A stretch of DNA of 64,000 bases, taken from the IMG/VR virus record IMGVR_UViG_3300020191_000008, positions 1 to 64,000 of that record; one strand, written 5' to 3'. Numbering within the stretch: the stretch's first letter is position 1; each line of letters starts with the position of its first letter. Below the pieces are notes generated by a model. The model worked only from the letters and a program-made list of their open reading frames with translations, was not told the DNA's origin and made no database searches. This stretch comes from a virus. Its lineage: Duplodnaviria; Caudoviricetes. A program made the translations under genes and the position numbers. Positions 45,791 to 54,282 of the stretch are shown here, one piece after another.

Positions 45791-46873
45791 TTAGTATATT
45801 TTCTCTAGGATTTTTTCAATGGTCTTTTTGTAAGTAAACTGTTCTTGCAGTTTTAATCCTTCTGTATTTTTGGATTTGGCCATTTGAACAGATTTATCCA
45901 TAGCACTACTGATTTCTTGACCGTTTAAACGGTAGTATTGTCCTTGATTGAATTGACCTCCCTCTCTGAAGAACAAGTTATCATAACAAGGTTGCTTTCC
46001 AATAGGATCTAATAGTATAGCATTATCTTTGTTTGCCCAGTCTTTATGGGAGGTACAATTACTTACAATAGACCATTTTCCTAGTGCTGTAGCATTGAAC
46101 GATGGAAGATTCCAACCTTCTCCATTTGACAAACCAGAAAGGTCAATATCAATGGCGTTGATAACTTCATTTACCTCGCTGTTTGTTTTGAGTCGAGGCA
46201 AAAAGTTTACGTTTGAGTATTTTTGATTGTTCATTGATTGAGCAATCAGTTGGTTCATTTTATCTTGTTTAAGAAATGGATTTCCAACCAAGCAAGTAAG
46301 TTGATACCTTGGGTTGTTACCAAATTTATTGCACCAAAGTTGTATAAGAGCTTGAGTGTTTTTCCTACGCTCCATTTTGCCAATCAATCCGAAATGTATG
46401 ACATCTTCCCCTAAGTATTCTTTCCCTGTCTCGTGAAAATCTGGGTCAAATCCCAATGGTACATAGGATACATTATCACAGCCTTTTTGTTTGAATATAT
46501 CGGCTGCTTCAGAGCAAGAGAAGAAAACATGATTCTGAGCTTTCACAATCGCAATCTCCTCGTCTGTTGGCGAGTCAACTTCGTAAAAAGTGTATAGGAA
46601 CTGGTTGTCTCCAATTTTCTTTTCTGAACCATTGATATGCCAAACCTTCAGTGTGGGAGTTGATCTCTCTAATTTTTTTAAATTATTTAAAGATTTATCT
46701 TCAAGATACTTTGTATACTCATCAGGAAGACGATCAAAAGCAGACAAGTCAACCTTGCTTAGTGGGAAAATATTTAAATCAATATCTTTCTCTTTTAATT
46801 CTCTTAGAAAGTTTAAAGACACATTTCCTAAACTTAAAGAGTTAAACGGTGCGTCGAAATTTAGTTTATGCAT
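45791..46873 (-). CDS. GT4 glycosyltransferase
   Basis: YVPLGFD, IGKMERRKN, NGEGWNLPSFNATALGK. Confidence 0.85.
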   Translation of the reverse strand: MHKLNFDAPFNSLSLGNVSLNFLRELKEKDIDLNIFPLSKVDLSAFDRLPDEYTKYLEDKSLNNLKKLERSTPTLKVWHINGSEKKIGDNQFLYTFYEVDSPTDEEIAIVKAQNHVFFSCSEAADIFKQKGCDNVSYVPLGFDPDFHETGKEYLGEDVIHFGLIGKMERRKNTQALIQLWCNKFGNNPRYQLTCLVGNPFLKQDKMNQLIAQSMNNQKYSNVNFLPRLKTNSEVNEVINAIDIDLSGLSNGEGWNLPSFNATALGKWSIVSNCTSHKDWANKDNAILLDPIGKQPCYDNLFFREGGQFNQGQYYRLNGQEISSAMDKSVQMAKSKNTEGLKLQEQFTYKKTIEKILEKIY

Positions 46874-47453
46874 TTTTTTTAATTTGCTTTTTAAATTCTT
46901 CTAATGTTTTGTCGTGTATGTTTATACATCCTTGAGCAGAGATGCCTATCTTGTCTCCAATATTCTTCCAAGTTTCTAACTTACCTCTCTCTCCAGCAAA
47001 GTATCTTTCTTTAAAAATAATTTTAACTCTTTCGTCTTTGTGGCCATTTATTAAGTTAATAATTTCAGAAAAACTTTCTTTAATTTCACAGCTCTCATCT
47101 GGATGAAGATCTTTTGATTCTTCAGCGTAATCAATAGATTCAAAAGACAAAATTTTTCTGCTATTTTTCTTAGCTGTTTTTCTACTCAAGCAAAGATATT
47201 TAGCTTTATTCCCAACATGAGTCGAGAACTTGGCTTTTTTTTCGTCATAGTCTAATGCTGCCTTGTATATAATATAATCTTTGTCATCGATAATGTCAGC
47301 AATATCATCAGGAGGAAGAGATTTGGAAGCATATCTTCTAACCATGTCAATATAAATACCAGAGTGCCGATCTATAAGCAAACCTAATGCCTCCTCATTA
47401 TCATCTTCTTTAATTAGTTCTGTTAACTCTGGGTCGCTAGCCTGATAATCCAT
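46866..47453 (-). CDS. phage sigma70-family factor
   Basis: Region 2 (EALGLLI...YKAALDYDEKKAKFSTH) and region 4 (ERYF...TWKNIGDKIGISAQ). Confidence 0.85.
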   Translation of the reverse strand: MDYQASDPELTELIKEDDNEEALGLLIDRHSGIYIDMVRRYASKSLPPDDIADIIDDKDYIIYKAALDYDEKKAKFSTHVGNKAKYLCLSRKTAKKNSRKILSFESIDYAEESKDLHPDESCEIKESFSEIINLINGHKDERVKIIFKERYFAGERGKLETWKNIGDKIGISAQGCINIHDKTLEEFKKQIKKNA

Positions 47454-47508
47454 TCTTGATAAAGCTATACTCTAAGAAAATTAAGAAATTTCAAGTAAAT
47501 TTTTTTTG

Positions 47509-47536
47509 TTGACAGATTTTTTTTACTCCGTATAAT
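47509..47536 (+). promoter_or_regulatory. consensus sigma70 promoter
   Basis: TTGACA-N16-TATAAT with perfect hexamers, pointing into the long palindrome and nrdB. Confidence 0.8.
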
Positions 47537-47558
47537 AACGTAACGGAGTCAACGAAGG

Positions 47559-47648
47559 TAAGGGTACGTAACCTAACTTCGCTGTTAGGATACGTAACCT
47601 TACGTAAGGATACGTACCTTTACTGCGCTGTAAGGGTACGTATCCTTA
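47559..47648. repeat. ~90-bp imperfect palindrome with five TACGTA boxes
   Basis: TACGTA at 47565, 47591, 47601, 47611 and 47637 (spacing 26-10-10-26), symmetric about 47603/47604. Confidence 0.92.
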
Positions 47649-47679
47649 TTAATACTCTCTTCGTTCGTATTAATAAGGA
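47649..47679. other. AT-rich hairpin next to the palindrome
   Basis: (CCTTA)TTAATAC...GTATTAATAAGG stem, overlapping the palindrome's right end. Confidence 0.6.
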
Positions 47680-47743
47680 GGCTTTGCCAACTTTTTTCAT
47701 TTTTATCTTGCCCATTTCGTCAGGTTGTGTAAATAGATGAGAC

Positions 47744-48715
47744 ATGATTTTTGAAGAGCAAGTATCACGCAAGCCTGACCACTATTCTTGGGCAGGGGAA
47801 TTCATCGAAGCAATGCATAATGGTTTTTGGACCGACAAAGAGTTTAGTTTTGCTTCTGATATTCAAGACTTCAACGTGTCTCTTTGTGAAAGAGATAAGG
47901 AGATAATTGTGAGAACACTCTCTGCTATTGGGCAAATCGAAGTAGCAGTGAAAAAGTTTTGGAGTAAGTTGGGCGACAATTTGCCACACCCTTCTTTAAG
48001 TGATTTAGGCTTTGTTATGGCGAACGTAGAAGTTATTCACAACAATGCTTATGAGCGGTTGCTTGAGGTTCTAGGATTGGAGGAGGTGTTTGAAGAAAAC
48101 TTGAAGCTCGACTTTATTGAGGGGCGAGTAAACTATTTGCGTAAATATACCCACAAGTTTTATAAGAATAACAAAAAGCAGTATGTTTATGCACTTATCT
48201 TATTTACCCTTTTTGTGGAGAACGTTTCTTTGTTTTCGCAATTCTATGTAATCAATTGGTTCGCTCGTAATAAGAATGTTCTTAAGGATACTGATCAGCA
48301 AGTGAAGTATACTCGTAATGAGGAAAATCTACATGCTATGGTTGGAATGAAGATCATCAACACTATTCGTGAAGAGCATCCTGAGTTCTTTGATGAAGAG
48401 TTGGAAGAGCGTATTCTTGATGAGGCCCAACAAGCTTTCAAGGCAGAAAGCAAAATTGTTGATTGGATGATTAATGGAATTCGTGAGAAGGGTCTGAACG
48501 CTATCGTTCTTAAAGAGTTCATTAAAAACAGAATCAATGATTCTTTGGACAAAATCGGCTTCAAACAAGCTTTTGATGTTGACAAAAACCTGCTTAAAGA
48601 CACAATCTGGTTTGAAGAGGAGTTGCTTGGCAATAATGCCACAGACTTCTTTTATGCTCGACCCGTCGAGTATTCAAAAAATTCCCAGACGTTCAACGCA
48701 GACGACTTGTTCTAA
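47744..48715 (+). CDS. nrdB: ribonucleotide reductase class I beta subunit (class Id-like)
   Basis: FW, QIEVAVK, EVIHNNAY, ENVSLFSQF, EENLH; C-terminal DFF.RPVEY.K...DDLF. Confidence 0.95.
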   Translation: MIFEEQVSRKPDHYSWAGEFIEAMHNGFWTDKEFSFASDIQDFNVSLCERDKEIIVRTLSAIGQIEVAVKKFWSKLGDNLPHPSLSDLGFVMANVEVIHNNAYERLLEVLGLEEVFEENLKLDFIEGRVNYLRKYTHKFYKNNKKQYVYALILFTLFVENVSLFSQFYVINWFARNKNVLKDTDQQVKYTRNEENLHAMVGMKIINTIREEHPEFFDEELEERILDEAQQAFKAESKIVDWMINGIREKGLNAIVLKEFIKNRINDSLDKIGFKQAFDVDKNLLKDTIWFEEELLGNNATDFFYARPVEYSKNSQTFNADDLF

Positions 48716-50362
48716 ATGACAGATTACTATTGGTTAAATGAGGACTCAAGGCTATTCCTTGAGAGAGGATATCTTAAAGGCGCAGAAACTCCAGAACAGA
48801 GGATTCGTGACATCGCAGATACTGCTGAACAGTATCTCAGTATGGACGGTTTCGCTGACAAATTTGTGAGTTATATGAAGCAAGGGTTCTATTCCCTAGC
48901 TTCTCCTGTGTGGTCTAATTTTGGGCGTGAACGAGGTTTACCCATTTCTTGTAATGGAGTTTACGTCCCAGATAGAATGGATGGTATTTTAGCCAAACAA
49001 TCAGAGGTTGGAATGCAGACTAAACATGGTTCTGGCACTTCAGCTTATTTTGGAGATCTTAGAGAAAGAGGTGCTCCAATTAATTCTGGAGGTGAATCTT
49101 CTGGTTCAGTGCATTTTATGGAGTTATTTGATAAAGTGGCCTCCGTAGTTTCACAAGGAAATGTTCGTCGAGGTTCTTTTGCTGCATATCTTCCTATTGA
49201 GCATCCTGACATCAAAGAGTTTCTTCGCATCAAGAGTGAGGGCAATGCAATCCAAGAAATGTCTTTCGCAGTCACTGTTACTGACGAATGGATGGAGAGC
49301 ATGGTTAATGGTGACCCAGATAAACGTCAAATTTGGGCATCTGTTATTAAGAAGCGATTTGAAACAGGATATCCATATATCTTCTTCCAAGATACGGCTA
49401 ACAAAAATGCCCCTGATTGTTACAAGGATCAAGGGATGAAAATTTACGCTTCCAACCTTTGTAATGAAATCTCCTTACCTTCTAAGGAAGATGAGTCTTT
49501 TGTTTGCTGCTTGTCATCTCTAAACCTTGTCAGGTGGGAAGACATAGAAAAAACGGATGCCATTGAGACTCTAGTGATGTTCCTTGATGCCGTTATGGAG
49601 GAATATATTGTAAAAACTAAAAACATTCCGTTCATGGAATCTTCTCATAACTTTGCCAAGCGTCACAGGGCTTTGGGTATGGGTGTGCTGGGTTGGCACT
49701 CTTACCTTCAAAGCAAAATGATTGGTTTTGAAAGTATGGAGGCTAAAATGCAGAATAGTTCAATTTGGAAGACTATCCGTAGTCGGGCAGACAAAGCTAC
49801 AGCAGAATTAGCAACTGGTTTAGGTGAACCTCTCTATTGCGAAGGCTACGGTCGTAGAAACACTACAACTTTAGCTATTGCACCAACTACAAGCAGCTCC
49901 TTTATTTTGGGACAAGTATCTCCATCTATTGAGCCTCTTAATTGCAACTATTTTACAAAAGATCTCGCTAAAGGTAAGTTTACTTTTAGAAATCCATATC
50001 TCAAAACTGTTTTAGCTGAAAAAGGCAAGGATGATGACGATGTTTGGATGAGTATCCTAGAAAGAGGCGGATCAGTACAACATCTTACTTTCTTGTCTGA
50101 GGAAGAAAAAGAAGTCTTTAAGACTTTCGGAGAGATTTCTCAAAAAGAAATTGTCATACAAGCTACTCAAAGACAAAAGTATATTGATCAAGGGCAGTCT
50201 CTAAATATCATGGTAGCTCCAAAGGCTCCTGCAAAAGAGGTTAATCAATTATTGATTTATGGCTGGCAGAATGGAATCAAAGGATTTTACTACCAGAGAA
50301 GTGCTAATCCTAGCCAAGAATTAGCAAGATCTATGATGGAATGTAAATCTTGTGAAGGATGA
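48716..50362 (+). CDS. nrdA: ribonucleotide reductase class I alpha subunit (no ATP cone)
   Basis: PISCN, VSQGNVRRG, SNLCNEI, APTTSSS, DQGQSLN, YYQR, C-terminal CKSCEG. Confidence 0.95.
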   Translation: MTDYYWLNEDSRLFLERGYLKGAETPEQRIRDIADTAEQYLSMDGFADKFVSYMKQGFYSLASPVWSNFGRERGLPISCNGVYVPDRMDGILAKQSEVGMQTKHGSGTSAYFGDLRERGAPINSGGESSGSVHFMELFDKVASVVSQGNVRRGSFAAYLPIEHPDIKEFLRIKSEGNAIQEMSFAVTVTDEWMESMVNGDPDKRQIWASVIKKRFETGYPYIFFQDTANKNAPDCYKDQGMKIYASNLCNEISLPSKEDESFVCCLSSLNLVRWEDIEKTDAIETLVMFLDAVMEEYIVKTKNIPFMESSHNFAKRHRALGMGVLGWHSYLQSKMIGFESMEAKMQNSSIWKTIRSRADKATAELATGLGEPLYCEGYGRRNTTTLAIAPTTSSSFILGQVSPSIEPLNCNYFTKDLAKGKFTFRNPYLKTVLAEKGKDDDDVWMSILERGGSVQHLTFLSEEEKEVFKTFGEISQKEIVIQATQRQKYIDQGQSLNIMVAPKAPAKEVNQLLIYGWQNGIKGFYYQRSANPSQELARSMMECKSCEG

Positions 50363-50400
50363 ATTTCCCCAAGGTTTGGTTTTGTGTATATACATGCACT

Positions 50401-50502
50401 ATGACCGAACCAGAAATTAATTTTACAGACGAGGTAGAACTCGACGAAACAATAGCATTTATACTTGATCGCATCGACGAAGCACAATTCGAAGAAGATT
50501 GA
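50401..50502 (+). CDS. very acidic small protein (33 aa; not in ORF track)
   Basis: MTEPEINFTDEVELDETIAFILDRIDEAQFEED*, with GTGTA 12 nt upstream. Confidence 0.55.
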   Translation: MTEPEINFTDEVELDETIAFILDRIDEAQFEED

Positions 50503-50581
50503 TTTAGTATATTTGCATTGTCTGAGAATTTCCAGTACCCAAGTCGGGGCTAGAAAAACAAAAACTAACTAAAATAGTAGT

Positions 50582-51004
50582 ATGACAATGATGATAAACA
50601 AAATGATGGCTCCTTTCGTTTTCGAAGGAGATATATTTAAGCGCATGAATCAAATTTTCGAAGAGAATCGTGCTAATCCATATCGTGGCTCAGAGCCTTA
50701 CGATATTTATAAGAAAGACGACTCTTTTGTTGTTGAATTTGCGCTTGTTGGTCTAGACTCAGAAGACATTAGTGTCTCTGTTTCTGGCCAGACGTTAAAA
50801 ATTGAAGCAGAATCTAAGCAAAATGACGAGGTTTCTGAATTCTACCACAAAAAAATATCTCGACGCTCCGTCAAGAAGCACTTCACATTGCACGAGAGTA
50901 TCGACAAAGACTCCATTGAGGCTGAATACAAGAATGGCCTATTGAGAGTCAAATTACCTCTTGAAAAAGAGGAAAAAAAAGATATAATGATCAAAGTTAA
51001 GTAA
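50582..51004 (+). CDS. small heat-shock protein (Hsp20)
   Basis: PYDIYK...VEFALVG...A.YKNGLLRVKLP alpha-crystallin motifs. Confidence 0.95.
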   Translation: MTMMINKMMAPFVFEGDIFKRMNQIFEENRANPYRGSEPYDIYKKDDSFVVEFALVGLDSEDISVSVSGQTLKIEAESKQNDEVSEFYHKKISRRSVKKHFTLHESIDKDSIEAEYKNGLLRVKLPLEKEEKKDIMIKVK

Positions 51005-51026
51005 AGCTTTGAGGTGACTTATATCG

Positions 51027-51064
51027 CTCCTTCTGGGTTTTGCTTGCCCAGAAGGAGTTTTTTT
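51027..51064 (+). terminator. intrinsic terminator after Hsp20
   Basis: CTCCTTCTGGG...CCCAGAAGGAG-T7. Confidence 0.9.
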
Positions 51065-51727
51065 ATGTTACAAGGATTAGAAAGAGATTTAGGTATATTT
51101 AAAAAGTATTATAATTTGCTAACCAAGATTGATCAAAGATTTATAAAAAATCTTATTAACGAAACCAATAAAATTGATGGATGGTTATGCAATTATCAAA
51201 TTCCGCTAATGTGGTCTATTTTTTCGACTCTTCAGGGAAAAGCTGTTGAAGTTGGATGTTGGAAGGGGAGAGCTACATTTGCTTTCAAAGCAGAAATTCC
51301 AAAAGATCAATTTGAATTATTTTGTATAGATCCATTTTTGGGATCAACAGAACATAAAGAAGATTTGCAAGGAAAGTCAACAAGAATGGACTTTGAGGAA
51401 AATTTAAAAAGCAGAGGAATATTGGATTCCATAAACATCCTTGAAGAATACTCAAAAGATGCTGCGGAAAATTTTGAAGATAATTCTTTAGATTTAGTAT
51501 TTATTGACGCAGAGCATGATTATGAGAATGTAAAATTAGATATATTATCATGGGCTCCAAAATTAAAATCAGGTGGAATTATTTGTGGTCATGATTACCC
51601 AGAACCCAATAAAAAAAATGCAGGTTTTGAAGGATTAGCTCAAGCTGTAAACGAAGAGGTGAGAGATAGTGATGATTTTAATGAGTTTTCGTATCTTTGG
51701 GGTATCTGGGGAGCTTACAAGAAGTAG
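51065..51727 (+). CDS. class I SAM methyltransferase (Methyltransf_24-like)
   Basis: VEVGCWKGR, IDPF, DLVFIDAEHDY, LKSGGIICGHDY. Start moved past the terminator. Confidence 0.9.
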   Translation: MLQGLERDLGIFKKYYNLLTKIDQRFIKNLINETNKIDGWLCNYQIPLMWSIFSTLQGKAVEVGCWKGRATFAFKAEIPKDQFELFCIDPFLGSTEHKEDLQGKSTRMDFEENLKSRGILDSINILEEYSKDAAENFEDNSLDLVFIDAEHDYENVKLDILSWAPKLKSGGIICGHDYPEPNKKNAGFEGLAQAVNEEVRDSDDFNEFSYLWGIWGAYKK

Positions 51728-51730
51728 TTT

Positions 51731-52465
51731 ATGAAATTTTCTAATCTCAGCTTATGTTTAGTTGTGGCCAATTCAGACGACTGCTTAGAAAGATTTTTCA
51801 AATGGAGTTTGTCAAGATTTGAAGAAATCATAATTGTTAAGTCAGACTCGGAAGATCAAACAGATCACATCTTGGATAAATACGAGAAGTCTCATGGAAG
51901 TCAAATACAAGTTCACTACAAAAAAATAAAAAATATTGCAGATCAAAAGCAATACTGCTTAGATCTATCCAAAAAAAACTGGAGGCTTATTGTAGATGCA
52001 GATGAAATTTTTGAAGAAATTGATTTTAATTTTTTAATTTCAAGGTTAGAGGAGCAAGGGATTGATGCTGTTTGCTTTCCAAGATATAATCTGCAAGTTG
52101 ATGAGCAGCATTTTCAACCAGAAGGATACCCAGATCTTCAAATTAGGCTTTTTAAATCAAACGTATCTTTTTCACTTGACCCAATTCATGAAACTCACCA
52201 CTCTATGATTGGATATAAAAAGATAGGAGCATTAAGCGATACTCACATCATTCATTGGGGTCATATTAGGAGCAAAGAGCAGAACTTGTGGAAAAGTAAT
52301 ATGAGGAGAAAGTATGCTAATACAGATTTGTGCGATGGAGAAGGATTAAAGCAGACAGAAAATTGGTTCTACGAGAGAAACAAAATTCTTGGACTTGACG
52401 ACAATACTACTCCATTACCAGAAAAAGTAAAAAATTACGTCAACCGTTTTAGTAAGAAAAAATGA
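51731..52465 (+). CDS. GT2 glycosyltransferase
   Basis: SDSEDQT, WRLIVDADE (DxD), PD.QIRLFK, IHE, IIHWG. Confidence 0.88.
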   Translation: MKFSNLSLCLVVANSDDCLERFFKWSLSRFEEIIIVKSDSEDQTDHILDKYEKSHGSQIQVHYKKIKNIADQKQYCLDLSKKNWRLIVDADEIFEEIDFNFLISRLEEQGIDAVCFPRYNLQVDEQHFQPEGYPDLQIRLFKSNVSFSLDPIHETHHSMIGYKKIGALSDTHIIHWGHIRSKEQNLWKSNMRRKYANTDLCDGEGLKQTENWFYERNKILGLDDNTTPLPEKVKNYVNRFSKKK

Positions 52466-53205
52466 AAAATATAGGAATAGTAACTCCTAATTACTTAGGC
52501 ATTGGGGATAAAGTTCAGTTTGCTAGTATTCCAGAAAATTTTTATAAAAATTATGGTGAAAAATTAATAGACCTTTCTAACTGTTGGGTTTATGATCATA
52601 ACCCATATATTCTAAGAAATTCAGAACCGAAGAATACTGTATCTTTCTGGAACCAACCTTATAAGTATGATAATTATTTGAATAGATTTGATTATTTAAA
52701 TTCTTTACTAAAGATTGAAAAAATGTTTTGCAGAACTCCTAGATTATACAAGCATGAAGATCCTAGCAATGTAATTCATAATAAAGTCTGCATCCACGCT
52801 CAAGGCAAGAGCAGTGGTCACACTCTTTCAAAAGAAATTATAGAGAAGATAAAAGAGCGTTATAGTCAATACGATATTTACCAAATTGGCGGTCAACAAG
52901 ATATTGATTGTGGAGTAATTGATTGCAGAGGATCTGGCATGTGGGAAATGGTTGAGCATATTGCCACCTCTGCTGTTTTCATAGGAGTTAATAGTGGGCC
53001 TATGAATATTGCCACCTGCTACCCTCATATTAATAAAAAAATAATTATTAATCTAAATTCTGGTGAATTTACCCAAGAACAAGTTGAAAATTTTCATCCA
53101 TTATCAATTAAACATCATTTGTTTGCTTGGATTGATTATGGTTGGCAGTATTATAATGATACTAGTATTGATATTGGCTGCACATATTCTTACAATAAAA
53201 TATAA
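52462..53205 (+). CDS. GT9-like glycosyltransferase
   Basis: GIGDKVQF, YQIG, FIGVNSGPMNIA. Confidence 0.75.
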   Translation: MKNIGIVTPNYLGIGDKVQFASIPENFYKNYGEKLIDLSNCWVYDHNPYILRNSEPKNTVSFWNQPYKYDNYLNRFDYLNSLLKIEKMFCRTPRLYKHEDPSNVIHNKVCIHAQGKSSGHTLSKEIIEKIKERYSQYDIYQIGGQQDIDCGVIDCRGSGMWEMVEHIATSAVFIGVNSGPMNIATCYPHINKKIIINLNSGEFTQEQVENFHPLSIKHHLFAWIDYGWQYYNDTSIDIGCTYSYNKI

Positions 53206-53207
53206 AA

Positions 53208-53927
53208 ATGAAGAAAGAAGAATTAATTTTAGCTATATTAAGTGAGCTAAGACCTTACTCAATGCCATACCTTATGAATAGGTATGGAAATAAAGCTGAG
53301 GATGGAGGATACGCATTACTTAAAAATTTTGCAGAAGAATCTCAAATTATTTATTCTTTAGGCGTTGGCTCCATTGTCCAGAATTATCTTTTTGAAATTG
53401 AAATGGCTGGTTATGGCAAAAAAGTTTTCATGTATGATGATAATTTAGAAAAGTTGCCTCAACATTTTGAGAATCTTTTTTATAAAAAATGTTTTGTTTC
53501 TTCGAAAAATGCTCTTGAGCATATTAAAGAAAATGGTCACGAAGACGAAAGAGACATGCTTGCACAAATTGATATTGAAGGTGGCGAATACGAATTAATT
53601 TCGAATATTGATTCGTCCTATTTCAAACATTTTTCTCAACTAACTTTTGAATTTCATGATTTGCATGATCCAACAGAAGAGATGCTTAATGTTTTAAAAA
53701 AAATAAATGAACATTACTACATGTATCACATTCATGCAAACAACCACTCTAACAAGTTTGATTCTGTATTTGGTGTTATGCCAGAAGCAATAGAAGTTTC
53801 TTATGTTAGAAAAGACAAGGTTCCTTTTACTCCTTATTATTGCAAACTACCAAGACCATTTCCTCTAATAGATGTTCCATGTTGTAGATTCAGACCAGAT
53901 ATTACACTAAGATGGTGGTGCTCGTAA
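53208..53927 (+). CDS. FkbM/Methyltransf_22-like methyltransferase
   Basis: EDGGY, IYSLGVG, QIDIEGGEY, QLTFEFH, HIHANN, EVSYVRK. Confidence 0.85.
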   Translation: MKKEELILAILSELRPYSMPYLMNRYGNKAEDGGYALLKNFAEESQIIYSLGVGSIVQNYLFEIEMAGYGKKVFMYDDNLEKLPQHFENLFYKKCFVSSKNALEHIKENGHEDERDMLAQIDIEGGEYELISNIDSSYFKHFSQLTFEFHDLHDPTEEMLNVLKKINEHYYMYHIHANNHSNKFDSVFGVMPEAIEVSYVRKDKVPFTPYYCKLPRPFPLIDVPCCRFRPDITLRWWCS

Positions 53928-53940
53928 TATAACAAATATT

Positions 53941-54282
53941 ATGATAAAAATTAAAGTCGATGAAGGATACGCTTTTGATTACTTAGCTATTTTAGAAGTT
54001 AAAAAGAATAATCATCCAGAACAAACAGAACCTTGGCTTAATTGCTCCGCTTATTTATCAAGTCAATTTTCTAAAGATTTTTGGGATGATTTAATTTCAT
54101 CCAAAGAATATGAAGATATGGTTCTAGTTAACCAGAAAACTTTTGATGCAGTTGACCAAGCTCGTTATGGTAAAATAACTGCCAAAGAAGTTGATGATTG
54201 TAATATGGAAAGATATAATGCTAAACAAAGATTTAGGAATAAATTTTTTCCAGAAAGTGATCAATTAGAATTTAAAACATGA
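53941..54282 (+). CDS. hypothetical protein typical of phage glycosylation clusters
   Basis: N-terminus IKVDEGYAFDYLAILEVK resembles the DUF6165-like family (recalled, unverified). Confidence 0.6.
   Translation: MIKIKVDEGYAFDYLAILEVKKNNHPEQTEPWLNCSAYLSSQFSKDFWDDLISSKEYEDMVLVNQKTFDAVDQARYGKITAKEVDDCNMERYNAKQRFRNKFFPESDQLEFKT

Noticed and set aside
47559-47648. NrdR boxes upstream of nrdB
   Set aside because: The boxes (AGGNTACGTANCCT) do not resemble the recalled NrdR consensus acaCwAtATaTwGtg.
12992-49635. Many antisense or alternate-frame ORFs of 60-185 aa (e.g. 12992-13468, 18164-18721, 18806-19285, 29075-29455)
   Set aside because: They are shadows of well-supported genes, with no motifs or expression signals.
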